Assembly: GCF_006345805.1 (NCBI RefSeq)
Contig: NC_043006.1
Location: 24,490,001-24,554,000 of the forward strand
Length of the DNA: 64,000 nucleotides
Origin: Octopus sinensis
Lineage: Eukaryota
Direction: 5' to 3'
Part shown: in pieces, positions 13,154 to 26,121 of the stretch
Layout of the letters: each line of letters starts with the position of its first letter
Position numbering within the stretch: the first letter of the stretch is position 1
Position numbers and translations under genes: made by a program
Notes under the pieces: model-generated
Seen by the model: only the letters and a program-made list of their open reading frames with translations
Told to the model about the DNA's origin: nothing
Databases searched by the model: none

Positions 13154-14475
13154 GGTTTATCTTTGGCTAGGCATTTCTCCTACAGCTGTCTTACCAGAAA
13201 TATAGCACCAGTGGTGCTTTTCCCTGGCATGAACCCAAACTGCATCTCATCTAAGCTAACTATCTCTCTAATTACTTGGGCTATAACCCTCTCCGTGACA
13301 TCCATTACCTGATCCAACAGCTTGATACCTCTGTAATTATTTGTACCTAAAGCGTCACCTTTACCTTTGTAGCAGTTGACTATTATGCTACTACACCAGT
13401 CATTGGGTATGACTCCTTCGTGTATCACCTGGTTAACTATACAGGTGACTTGGCTATAGCCGACACTGCCAGATATTTTGAGCATCTCTACAGTGATTCC
13501 TGATGGGCCAAGGGCTTTCCCCGTCTTCATACTCTTGATTGCTTTATCTACCAAGGTACTGTCAATTCGGATAGCTGGTCCCTCAGTTGGGTTGACATTT
13601 GGCAGACTCTCTTTCTCCCATTCATTTTCTTTATTCAGCAACCTTTCATAGTGGCATCTCCAAACCTCTCTCTTTGCAGCCTCGTTTACTGCAAGAGAAT
13701 CAACATCCATGCGGACACATTTCTCTCCTACAACATCATGATTCTCTCTCACACACTGTCTTGCAACACAAAATACCTCAAGTCTTTGGTCCTCACGGTG
13801 CAGAACATTGGCAAATTTTTTCTTATCTGCTTCCCCTCTGGCTAAATAAACCTGTCTCCTAGCTTCCCTTCTGGCAGTCTGATACAATTCCCTGCTACCA
13901 CCATTCTTCCAATCCTTCCAAGCATGTTTCTTTTCTCTAATAGTCCTGTCAACCACATTGTTCCATCACCACATTATTTTGGGTCGAGAAGGGACTTTGC
14001 ACCATCCACAGATCTGGTCAGTGGCCCCCAGCAGGTTGTCCCGTAGAAACCTCCAGTTGTCTTCTACATCATGTGAAGCTATATCCCCTTCTATTTCATC
14101 AAAGGCTTCGAGTAATATGTCTCTAAATCTCTGTCCATTCGCAGGATCTTTAAGCTTCCAGACCCTTCTCCTCCATGCTGGTCACCTTCTGGGCATCCAC
14201 TTAGCCCTGATCCTGAAGTCACTAACTACCAGTCTATGTTGTGGGGTACATTCTTTGTCTGGGAAGGTTTTGGCATTTATAAGCAGCTATCTTTCCCTTT
14301 TTCTGGTGAGGATGTAGTCAATTTGGCTAGTGTGTCTGCCAGAATGGTAGGTGATTGGCATGTTTCCTGAAGTTAGTATTGCAAACCATAAGATCATTTG
14401 CATCGCAGAACCCCAGCAGCCTGGTTCCCTCCTTGTTGTGGGAACCAAAACCGTAGCCTCCATGTACGCCCCCTA
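13154..14475 (-). mobile_element. RTE LINE internal fragment (APE endonuclease end to RT start)
   Basis: GVHGGYGFG..NKEGTRLLGFC...SQIDYIL; KAIKSMKTGKALGPSGI; NYRGIKLL; QFGFMPGKSTTGAIF. Confidence 0.93.
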
Positions 14476-14501
14476 TATATGTGTGTGTGTATCAATATAT
14501 A

Positions 14502-14532
<31 letters not shown>

Positions 14533-14609
14533 GTATATGTATGTGTGTGTGTGTGTGCATAGTGAGAATTTACATAAAAACAAAAGAAAATAGAAATATA
14601 CACATATAT

Positions 14610-14642
<33 letters not shown>

Positions 14643-14659
14643 CAGTATATATACATTTT

Positions 14660-15320
14660 TCTCTTTTATCTTAGATCACTAGCCACTAAACCATTTTCTC
14701 TCCCTGTTTATTTCTGTGTTCCTTTCTGTCGAAGAGCATATGCTCGAAACATAAAAGACTTTCTCACTTCCTGACCTTTAAACTAATACATCTGTTCATT
14801 GCTTACACACCCGTCTTCGTCCTTTGTTTTTTGTAAATTCTCACTATGTATTACATGCTCACATGGTCGCACCAGTTTTATCCTGTCTCTTCCTTCACTT
14901 CAAACTTTTGTTGGACCATTCTACCTTGATTCTCTACCTAGACTTTCTTCTCTCCAACACCTGGACTTCTACACTTCGGCTGCACCTCTCCTACCCATGG
15001 AGTACACTGGAATCTTCCTTTGATGAGAAATCACTCTAATACACCACAACATTTGAACCTTTTGAACTTTTCTAAACTTTTTTGTACTTTCTTCTTTTTC
15101 CTATTGTCGTTTACCTCAATCCGCACTTGTTACCCTGCCTCTCTCTCCCTCCCTTTCCTTTTCCCTTAGATCGCTAGCCAGTAAACCTGTTTCTATTTTC
15201 TTGCTCTGTTTATTTCTGCGTTCCTTTCTGTCGAAGAGTGTAGGCTTGAAACATAGGAGACTTTTTCACTTCTCAAGCGTTAAACTAATACATTTGTTTG
15301 CTGTTTATATATTTATACAT
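14660..15320 (+). mobile_element. PLE-type pseudo-LTR tandem (two ~170-bp copies 502 bp apart) with hammerhead-like motifs
   Basis: tttatttctg.gttcctttctgtcgaagag....gct.gaaacata...gactt repeated at 14705-14785 and 15205-15290. Confidence 0.65.
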
Positions 15321-15325
15321 AAAAC

Positions 15326-15356
<31 letters not shown>

Positions 15357-15360
15357 CTAT

Positions 15361-15845
15361 ATTCAACTTACAATGAAAGTAAGCTAACAAAGTTTGCTTT
15401 AGATGTGTTGAGATGTATGGAAAGATACAGAAATAGCTTATTCTCAAATGCGTGATAATGCTAATACAATAGCACGAATAGGATAAACTACCCATATACT
15501 GCAGAAAAAATCGTTACCGGCCAGCCATGAGACTCAGGCTCACATCCCCGTGTTTACACATCAAGTGCTTTACCTTTAAGCTAAACTGTCCAGTAACAAA
15601 TTGTTCTGCAATTTTAGGATTTATAAAACTAGCTTTATAAGATGCTAACGTTACATTCAACTTACAATGAAAGTAAACAAAGTTTCCTTCAGAAGTGTTG
15701 AGGTGTACTGAAAGATACAGAAATAATTTTTTCTCAAACCCATGATAATGCTAATACACTAGCATGAACAGGATAAACTATCCATAAATTGCAGAAATAA
15801 TCGTTACCAGCCAGCTATGAGACCTGAACTCACATACCACATTTT
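15361..15845 (-). repeat. 294-bp tandem repeat (1.65 copies) containing a tRNA-like sequence
   Basis: attcaacttacaatgaaagta at 15361 and 15655. Confidence 0.85.
15518..15592 (-). pseudogene. tRNA-derived pseudogene or SINE head (Thr-UGU-like loop)
   Basis: Acceptor GGACAGT/GCTGGCC, D stem GCTT/AAGC and T stem GTGAG/CTCAT all pair; the anticodon stem and TpsiC loop are broken. Confidence 0.6.
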
Positions 15846-16999
15846 AAAGCTTGATACAGTCCAAGACATAACAAGGCTTAACAGCTGTTTCTAATCAGAT
15901 TACCAGAATGCAGTCTATATATAAATGCAAGAATAAAATTCTTTATAGAGCATTCAAATTAAGGCAGTAGATCTTCATCAGAGTGAAAAAGAAGAGCATA
16001 CAATATAAACAAAAGGAAGAAGGAAAAGGAAAGAAAGCATAGCTTAAACAAATAGTCTAGAAGCCGAATATACTAGGTAAGCTATATGTAAAGAAGATAC
16101 TAACATAATTCTCAAAGGTCAAACCTATGTTAACAGAGTAAACTTAAGTAAAGGAAAACAATTGATGTAGATTGCTAAATAAAAAAATTTACTCAAAGGA
16201 AATTAATACCAAGAATTCCCCCTATAATCCAGAATGGAGTAAGTCTAAGTCCAGCGGTCTCTATATTGGTCAGTAAGAATTTTAAACAGGTCACAGGTTA
16301 AAACTGTTACAAAGGATTTGTTTATAAATAAACAAGAAAAAGAAAGGAGAGAAAAAGGCAAGGGAGATAAAACAATGTGTAGAATTTAAGGGCCACAAAT
16401 GTTCTTCAGCCTCTTAATGGTATAACATGTGAGAGGGAAGCATAATAAGACAATCGGTTTAGTGGTTAAGGGGAGGCAACAGGTTCGTGATTATTAGGGA
16501 AAAAATATGGCTAAACTTTGTATATAGCAAATAGTAAAAATTAAGTATATACCGGTATGTAAGAAATATGTATCAAACAGATGCTCTACAGGGCAGAAAT
16601 GGAATAGAATAGCCAAGTCACATGCTAAAATAATACCAAATAATGAAACTCCTAGATAACCCCAGTGTCTAATTAAGCCTACGAAAGATTTACATAAACA
16701 TAAAGGTAAATAATTTCTATTATTATAAAACAAAACAAACAATATAAAGGAAATAATGGGTATAATAGATGCCAAGGCCACAGGCCGGTTGATCCTATGA
16801 GAAAAATAACCTTGAGATAAGCATTTTACGACGTAAGCCTCAACAGCAAAAATAAATGCCCAGAGGTGGGATAAAAATATATTAATTAAATCTAGTCACA
16901 TACATACATACATAACTATATTAATAATAATAATGACACCATGAGACCTCGATATTATGTAAATAGAGGAATTTATAATATAAAATGTAACAATTAGTC

Positions 17000-18420
17000 G
17001 GTTGCCATAATAAAACTCAGAGTTTCAGATGTCAGGGCAGAAGTCTGTTCCAACATCTCGTCAGTTATTAAGACAAACAAAAATGCTATGAAAATGACCA
17101 TTAAATAAACAGAAATCACAAAGAAGATTACCGTTATTAAGACAAACAAAAGAGCTATGAGAATGACTGTTAAGTAAAAGGAAATTACCCAAATAAGGAG
17201 AAAGTAAAAATACTCAAAGGTAAAACCATGCTCATAGAATTTTCCACGCTAGAAAGACTTTACACTTCAGTGAGAGCGTAGAGTGAGTCAAGACTACCAA
17301 TACAGAGGGTGCTTTTAATGTGAGTATGGGGTCATATGATGGAGCAGGCATATGTGATCTCATTGCACTGTTCCTACCCGATACATTGGGCAAAACTTTT
17401 CCTGCTAAATATTTTGCCATTTACAAAGATGATGCCCTAACTTTATCCACAAATACCAATGGACCAGCACAAGTTCAGTTTAGGAAGGACAGTATCCAAA
17501 TGATGAAAACATTCGGTCTTAGTATAACTGCGGATACCAACCTAATGGTTGTCAATATCCTAGGTGTATCCTTAGATTTAAATAAGAATATTTACAAACC
17601 TTATAAGAAGCCCAATGATAGAATTAGCTATATTAATGTAGGTTCCAGCCATCTCCCCATAGTGTTTAAGAATTTAGCTAAAAACAATAGCAAGAGATTA
17701 TCTAGCCTCTCCTCTGATAGAAACATTTTTAATAGTGTTGCACCAATATATAATAAAGCTCTAAAAGATAGTGGATTTAGTGAGGAAATAGCCTATACAC
17801 TTGTTACCAGTCCAGCAATAAAGAAACGGATGAATAGGAATAGGAAAACTATCTGGTTCACACCCCCTTACTCACCCAAAGTGACCTTTAATATAGGTAA
17901 ATATTTCTTATTACTTATAGATAGGCATTTTCCAATCAATCTTAGTTACAGAAAGCTCTTCAATAGACATAACTAAAAAATCAGTTTTAGCTCAACTACT
18001 AATTTTAAAAATATAATATCACACACAAAAACAACAAAATAAAACCAGCTGTTCATGCAGGAATAAAAATTTGTGCCTACTAAATCGAGCTTGCATGTCC
18101 GAAACCATCATTTATGAAGTCACCATAGACTCTACTACCACTAAGGACATTGTTTCGTCAAAGAAATATGTGGGCCTCACAGAGGGGAATTTCAAAGCCA
18201 GGCTCAACAATCACACCTTGAGCTTCAGACACTGGGAAAAAAGAAAAACAACCAAATTATCCAGTTACATATGGTCCTTAAAAGAAAAAGGTGTCAACTA
18301 AAACATTCATTGGAAGATCTTAGCCAAGTCTAAGCCTTACACCAATGGCAGTGGTCTTTGTGACATGGAAAGATGGCTCAGCTGGAAAAGCTCCTTAGAC
18401 CCCACTACATGTCTAAATTC
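17000..18420 (+). mobile_element. Penelope-like element, Naiad-like, with RT and GIY-YIG, degenerate
   Basis: MGSYDGAGICDLI, IYKDDAL, IWFTPPYSPKVTFNIGKYFLLLIDRHFP, CSCRNKNLCLLNRACMSETIIY...KYVGLTEGNFKARLNNH. Confidence 0.88.
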
Positions 18421-18854
18421 AAGAACTGAACTCTTCAGATCATTTCTACATATGGCTAAATATTTATTACGATTTTGGTCCCCCACCAAGATCAAAGATA
18501 GAACCTGCTTTTTATATTGTGTCCGCATACGAGCATTTCATTTCTTACATATATATATATTTATATTTTTAAATATAGTTATATATATTTTTATATATCT
18601 TATAGTTTTATATATCTATATATTTTTTTCTGTAGATTACTTTTCACCCTGCATTTTTGTGCATGTACGTGTATGCATACATGTGTGTGTGGCTGTTTCT
18701 GTATGTATTTCACGCGAGTGTAAGTGAGTATATACATATATGCACATGTGCGCATATACAGATTCTATGAGCATGGTTTTAACTTCGATTACTTTTACTT
18801 TCTCCCTATTTGGGTAATTTCCCTTTACTTAACACTCATTCTCATAGTCCATCC

Positions 18855-19050
18855 ATACACAACTGTTCGAGAGCTTGCTTCTGAATTAGACATAATGTAT
18901 ACGACAGTTTCCAACCACTTGGAAAAAAAAAATACTTGAGAAATGGGTGCCGCACGAATTGAGCGACAACCAAAAAAAACCACCGTTTTGAAGTGTCCTC
19001 TTCTTTTCTTTTACACAACAAGAATGACCAGTTTCTCAACACCAATTAAA
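18855..19050 (+). mobile_element. Mariner transposase HTH fragment
   Basis: TVRELASELDIMYTTVSNHL...KWVPHELSDNQK (mariner WVPHEL motif); frameshifted. Confidence 0.85.
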
Positions 19051-19804
19051 TCCAGAGACATAGCATATTTAAAAATCCGAAGTTTGAAAATTGTGTCAGA
19101 TACAAAATTAAGAGGAATGACCACTAAAGTGGACACCCTATATGCTAAACATACACGTCAAATCGCCATTACCATGAAGAATGTATTCTCAAGAAAAAAA
19201 TCTCAGCAAAACACCAAAACGTAAAAATGAGCAAGACAAATGAAAACATACGAAATAAAAACGATCACCTACGTACCAATTGGTTTCATTTGTTAATATC
19301 TACATATATAAACACGCAGATACCTGCAAGATCCTCAGCATAGTCTGTCACTTACAAAACACAATTTCCAGAAATAGATATAGAACGCTCAACCGGATTT
19401 TTAAATATGCTAAGCCACTGGTTATTTCTACCCTTATTATTTAATTTTAAATTTAAAAAATGTTCTTTAACCAGTAAATTGGCTGCTGAAATTTATTAAC
19501 TGCAGAGTAATTTCCGGCCTCAGCACGCCAAAGTGAAGGCATTTGAAAGGATATACCCAAATATAATTTGTAGAACTTTATACATGCTCGATTTTGCATA
19601 GGGTGGATATAGGTGCCTTCAAACTGAAACTGGACCTCTCACTGTCAAGGGTCCCAAATGAGCCAGTTTCACGGTAGGAGATGTAGATGTGGGCAGCGGT
19701 ATCTAACTCCCTGATGCACCAAATGTCAATTTCTTTAAAGCATTAGTGAAATTAAATTATGTAGCAAAATGCCCCAGCATGGCAACAGCTCATGAGCCAA
19801 AACT

Positions 19805-21252
19805 AGATCAAATCAAATATATATCGTGCTGTGGGCACAACACACACCATCCGATCGTGGCCGTTCGCCAGCCTCATCTGGCACCTGTGCCGGTGGCACA
19901 TAAAGACACCATCCGAAGACCCGGCGACGTAGTCAGTCCACCTGTGCATACCTTCCCTCTTATGACACTTGTGAAGACCTGTTGAGGCAAGTGTGTGACA
20001 CTTGTGAAGACCTGTTGAGGCAGAGGCAAGTGTGTGACACTTGTGGAGACCTGTTGAGGCAAGTGTGTGACCCTTGTGAAGACCTGTTGAGGCAAGTGAA
20101 ATCAAACCAAATCAAAATAGATGAATATCAATGGAATTTGTATCTTTGTGGTTCCAGTACCGGTGGCACACAAGAAAACCATCCGAACGTGGCCGTCGAC
20201 TGGCCTCCGTGCTGTGGGCACAACAAACACCATCTGATCGTGGCCGTTCGCCAGCCTCACCTGGCACCTGTGTCGGTGGCACATAAAAACACCACCACCA
20301 TCCAAAGACCCGGCGACGTAGTCAGTCCACCTGTGCTTACCTTCCCTCTTATGACACTTGTGAAGACCTGTTGAGGCAGAGGCAAGTGTGTGACACTTGT
20401 GAAGACCTGTTGAGGCAGAGGCAAGTGTGTGACACTTGTGGAGACCTGTTGAGGCAGTGTGTGACACGCGTGACACTTGTGAAGACCTGTTGAGGCAAGT
20501 GAAAATCAAACCAAATCAAAATAGATGAACATCAATGGAATTTGTATCTTTGTGGTTCCAGTACCGGTGGCACACAAGAAAACCATCCGATCGTGGCCGT
20601 TCGCCAGCCACATCTGGCACCTGTGTCGGTGGCACATAAAGACACCATCCGAAGACCGGCGACGTAGACAGTCCACCTATGCATACCTTCCTTCTTGTGA
20701 CACTTGTGAAGACCTGTTGAGGCAAGTGAAAATCAAATCAAATCAAATCAAATCAAAACAAATCAAAATAGATGAACATAAATGGAATTTGTATCTTTGT
20801 GGTACCAGTGCCGGTGGCACACAAGAAAATCATCCGAACGTGGCCGTAGCCAGTACCGCATAGACTGGCCTCCGTGCTTTGGGGACGTAACAAACTCCAT
20901 CCGATCATGGCCGTCCGCCAGCCTCATCTGGCACCTGTGTCGGTGGCACATAAAAACACCATCCGAGCGTGGCCGTCTGCCAGCCTCGTCTGGCACCTGT
21001 GTCGGTGGCACATAAAAACACCATCCGAGCGTGGCCGTTCGCCAGCCTCGTCTGGCACCTGTGTCGGTGGCACATAAAATCACCCACTACACTCTCGGAG
21101 TGGTTGGCGTTAGGAAGGGCATCCAGCTGTAGAAACACTGCCAGATCTGACTGGCCTGGTGCAGCCTTCGGGCTCCCCAGACCCCAGTTGAACCGTCCAA
21201 CCCATGCTAGCATGGAAAACGGACGCTAAATGATGATGATGATGATGATGAT
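19805..21252 (+). mobile_element. RTE LINE 3' UTR expanded into a nested tandem array
   Basis: Reverse-complement match to 42444-43070; ends in (GAT)n at 21230-21252. Confidence 0.9.
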
Positions 21253-21260
21253 ACATACAC

Positions 21261-21348
<88 letters not shown>

Positions 21349-21351
21349 CAT

Positions 21352-21399
<48 letters not shown>

Positions 21400-21420
21400 A
21401 TATATATATATATATACATA

Positions 21421-21451
<31 letters not shown>

Positions 21452-21505
21452 ACACATATTATATATATATATATATATATATACATATATTTACACACAT
21501 ATACA
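21253..21505. repeat. Long imperfect (TA)n microsatellite
   Basis: Read directly from the sequence. Confidence 0.97.
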
Positions 21506-22158
21506 CATTAAAAATGCGACATTTCATGTCGCATCAAGCTAATAGAAGCATCCTGCTTACAGACAGTGGTTATTGAAATGGAAATCAAGTTGAGCTCAAC
21601 TGTTGAACATTATAAAACATTGCACAAGCAACAGTTAAGCCATTATTTGACACTCCAAGCAATCAGCTGAAATATTAAATTCTGGTTTTGGTAATAGCCC
21701 AGGCTTTCTTGACAGTTTTCGTGTGTCATCTCAGTAAATTGTATGATTGTTCATACATGCGAGAAATTGATAGTACATATATAATAGATTAGGGTATCTG
21801 ATCCATTAGAGATTACATTACATGGTGTTGTATAGCCTGCCTTATATATTGTTGATTATTAAAGCTGCTGTAGGAAGTCATGGAAGCCACAGCACTCCAT
21901 TTCTTCTTATCTATAAATCTATTACCATATAACATTAAAAAAATTGCACAAGGAGAACGAGGTGGTTTAACTGGTACAATGTATGACTCAGCATTCAAAG
22001 TGTGCTGTTGTCATTTAGTTTCTGATCAGTCCTGATAAAGCAGCCCTACGATCGAAGATGGTTCAGCCATGACCATCCAATTTTTGTTTTCCAAACAAAA
22101 ATGTATCCAGAACTAAATTTTACAATGTATCTTTCCTTTTTTTCTTTTTTTAATTTAA

Positions 22159-22379
22159 CGCTTTAGCATTTAAACTGGCCATATCCAGCTCCAAATATTC
22201 TATCTGTTTTATGTTCAAACTGTTGAAATCTGGCCTCTCACATCTACCCCACAATTTCATTCTAAAAATATAAAATCACAGTGGTGAAATCTTAAAGTTA
22301 CAAGTTAATGCATGATTAATTCAAAACAATGTAAATTATTAAGTATTAAGTTTGACAGAGTAATCTGAATGCTAAAGGG
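22159..22379. mobile_element. piggyBac-type MITE
   Basis: TTAA at 22155 and 22380; termini cgctttagcatt / aatgctaaaggg. Confidence 0.8.
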
Positions 22380-22422
22380 TTAAAAACAGCAGAATATCAT
22401 GTGACAGCGACTTAGTTGTTAC

Positions 22423-22550
22423 TTCAAGCAACTGGATAGAGACCCTTTTGTTGATTTCTTCAAGGCATGTATGTTTTTGTATTTCCAACTTTAAAATGAC
22501 TAGTTTTTTTTCAACTGCCGTCAAGTGGATCTTAGTAAAAAACACTTGTT
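22423..22550 (-). CDS. Candidate coding exon (EQVFFTKIHLTAVEKKLVILKLEIQKHTCLEEINKRVSIQLLE)
   Basis: tatctttag acceptor, gtaaca donor, open frame; protein unidentified. Confidence 0.3.
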
Positions 22551-24289
22551 CTAAAGATACTTATAAATTAACACATTAGCAGGCTTGTACCCTATGCCAC
22601 TTCTATTAACAAAGAAGAAGGAAACATTACAAAGATTTCTGTAGTTCATAACTATGTATGCTCTGAGGCATAAACAGGAAACAAAATAAAAATAAAGATC
22701 TTTTTATAAAAGTCTAGAGGAGAAGAAAACAATTTTAACCATCTGCTGTACACATTATAGAAAATAGCTAGAAGTAAAATGAATTTGCCATTTGCATGCA
22801 AATTTCAGTTTGATTACTGGAGGATAAGAAAAGCAAAGGCATTTGGAGAAAAGTAAGACTAGAGAGGCAAAAAGGAAGTAAATAATTGCAACACAGTATG
22901 TAAAATGACCAGTATATAAAATGACCATCTCATAAGAGGATATTTAGTGTCACACAATCCTTTCTACAATAGGAAATTTGTGGAGAGTGGGTAAGTCATA
23001 TTTTATTGACCCAGAAAAGATGAAAGTCAAAGCTTGGTGGAATTTGACCTCAGAACAAAGATGAATGAAATACCATTAAGTATTTTTGCCTGGCAAGCTA
23101 ATGATTCTGCCAGCTCACCAACTGCACACAATAATGCTTTTTATTTGACTTTAGGCTACATGTTTAAGATCAACAGAAGCTTAGAATAGTAAATATCGGT
23201 GGCAGGAAAGTAAAAATGGAATCTCTACAAGAATCCTAGCCATTTATTTATCTTAAATTGAAAAAGAAAATGTACTCTGTATGCTATGTGTGGGTGGATG
23301 TTGTGCACGCACATGCATCCACATATAAGTATGTTCTTTCATAGCCCTTTATACTTTTAATGTTAACTATTCCTAACAGAAGTCGGAAAAAAAAGAAACT
23401 ATTCTACAAACTTAAAACATTTTTTTTCCTGTTTAACAGAATTTTGGATGGTTCCTGGTATTACAGATGACCATTCTAAGTATAACTTAATTTAATGTAA
23501 AATTCAATAACAATTTAAATCCTTAAAATGGTAAAACAATGTTGTATAGTCACAAACAGAATTTTAGTGAAAAGGAAATTTTTTAAATAACAGTCCAATA
23601 ACCTTTAGCACAATCTGATAATATGCAATGCTCCTTAAAAAAAGAAAAAGTACTGATATACTCATACTACCGGGTAGATAGCCACTGTGTGTTGATGCTC
23701 TCTCTCTATCTGTATATATCTATTACACACTCTCTTTTTCTTCTTATACATGCATGCTTGATACTTGTGAAAGTAACACTTAGCCAGTTGTAATAATTAT
23801 TATTTGTAAATAGACTTAATTGCTTCTAAATGTTTGGAAATTAAATGTGGATATTATTTGATAGATTGGTTGTAATACAAGATGCTGCTGCATGGGTGGA
23901 AAAGTGCTATGCTGTGAGTTAGCTGTAGAAAAAGGGGTGAGAAGGGATTAAAAATCTGGTAAGGTTGGCAATATTTTACCTTCGAAAGATAAACCCTACA
24001 GATGTAAAGATAAAGACAGGGTAAAAACACCATTTTAAGGGTGCCCCCAACCACGCTGCTTAGTAAACTCCCACCTCTCATAAAAAAACAAAAACAAACT
24101 TAACATTAAGCCAACAATGATGCTTGTTACAAAGAGCAAGTTTTTATCATCACTGTTCAAAACACTCATTACAATGAAGAAAATTTAAAGAGTTATTTCA
24201 TTTGGAACAGAACAGAAATTCAGTTGACTTACAAGAATTCAAAACCTTGAATACAAACCATGTTACGGTCAATATATTTTTTATTCTGT

Positions 24290-24462
24290 TACTTGTTTCA
24301 GTCACCACTTTAAAGGGTTTTAGTTAAAGAAATTGACCCCAGGACTTATTCTTTGTAAGCCTAGTACATATTCTACCAGTCTCTTTTACCAAACTGCTCA
24401 GTTACGTGGGATATAAACACACCAGCATCAGTCATCAAGCAATGTCGGAGGGACAAACACAG

Positions 24463-24511
<49 letters not shown>

Positions 24512-24670
24512 TGATGGGCTTATTTCAGTTTCTGTCTATTAAATCCACTTACAAAGCTTTGGTCAGTCTGAGGATATAGAAGACACTTGCTCAAGGTACC
24601 ACACAGTGGGACTGAACCTGGAACTATGTGGTTGAGAAGAAAGGCTTCTCACCACACAGCCATGCCTGTG
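24290..24670 (-). mobile_element. tRNA-derived SINE (Octopus OK/OR-like)
   Basis: Reverse complement of the 44939-45330 family. Confidence 0.9.
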
Positions 24671-25065
24671 CATCATATTTTGTTTCAGTTCACCTGAAAA
24701 GAGGATTGAAAGTCCTACTTTTTTTGGTGTATCTTTGATAAATGAAGTTTGTTAGAAGATAAAAGAACACACATTGGTGCAGCATGTCACAGATAGACAT
24801 AAATTGTTATGCAGAAACATTCCACTGACACATACATTCTTACTAAATATGAATCACTAATTTTGTAAATAGATGGATGGCATGAATTCAAATTTAATTA
24901 TAACTTATTTGGATGTCAACATAAACATTTCATGAGAGAACAAGATTAAATGTGAAATAGTAGAGTATTCTAGCAAAAAAAAAAAAAACTATGAGTGTGA
25001 ATAACATTTACACTAAATATTGTACCTTCTAACCTCATAACTAATATCATCATGAATAAGTATAA

Positions 25066-25520
25066 TAGTTGTTCCCAAACATTTTTGGACTGCCACCCAT
25101 CTGGCATCCAGGCCACATTCCTAATGCCCCCACCACCACACACACTACAATAAACATAGAGCTCTTTCTACTACAAATTTAAAACAACTGTATTTCATAA
25201 ATAAAACAACCTAATTAATCCATTATTTTGCTGTTTTTACAATAGGAAAGAGTAAATGTAGAACTCACCTGTAACTACGTTGTTTACATATTTTTCATGT
25301 GATAGATGTACATTGTGCAGGGATATATCAGCTGCTTGACATCTGGCTGAAAGGTACTAAGAAGTGGTCTTAGATTCCAGCATTCAGTAATTTGCAGTGT
25401 TTCTTTGCTATGAAAGAATCTGGGGAACTGCACTAAAGCCCTGCTCTACAGAATATGATGTTGGGAAGGCAATAAAGTACATCTTGACTTTGTTGCACAG
25501 TGCCGGGTAGCAGTTAGAAA
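25066..25520 (-). mobile_element. hAT (Charlie-like) transposon 3' remnant
   Basis: TIR-like tagttgttcccaaac; decayed dimerisation domain IAFPTSYSVEQGFS...DLRPLLSTFQPDVKQL...HLSH*. Confidence 0.75.
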
Positions 25521-25872
25521 TGTCCTTTCACAATAAAAAAAAATCTTGACAGGACTTTCTTAGCTTTGGCCTCAGCTCAATTTCATTTTAAGTGAAACCA
25601 GTACTTTTTACACTATTCCTGTTTCTTCATAACTAATATACAGAAATTATCCAGACTGATATTTCAATTAGAATTAAATATGCTGAAATCTGTCACATAT
25701 GTCTCTATGAGGAGCAGATAGACAGCCGACAACTGATGACGGGTCGTTGTCCTTGTTACTTGTCCTATTTCCCTTTTTTATTTTTCTCTCATTGTTCGTG
25801 TATTTAACTTGTTTTCCTATTTCATGTTGTTTACACATTTGGCGACATCCTCTATCCATATATGCATGAGTG

Positions 25873-25915
<43 letters not shown>

Positions 25916-26121
25916 CACACACACACTCATACATTTGGTATTGGTATTAAGGAAGGTGGTCAGTGGTAAGTGTTACATAGAACAGATCCCGAAGGAAAAC
26001 TTATTGGACATTGCTATCTTTTACAGCATTAACACAAGAACAAGTACATTATTATACATATGTACAAGTACACACACACAAACACACAAGTAAATAAATA
26101 AAGGTGTTGTATTTGTGTGTG

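Noticed and set aside
19960-20500. CRISPR-like appearance of the 33-39-bp repeats
   Set aside because: Repeats are contiguous without unique spacers, the context is a eukaryotic LINE, and there are no cas genes.
19746-21229. Many overlapping ORFs here and at 42458-43177 and 4770-5377
   Set aside because: They arise from GC-rich tandem repeats in the RTE 3' UTR and are open in several frames on both strands.
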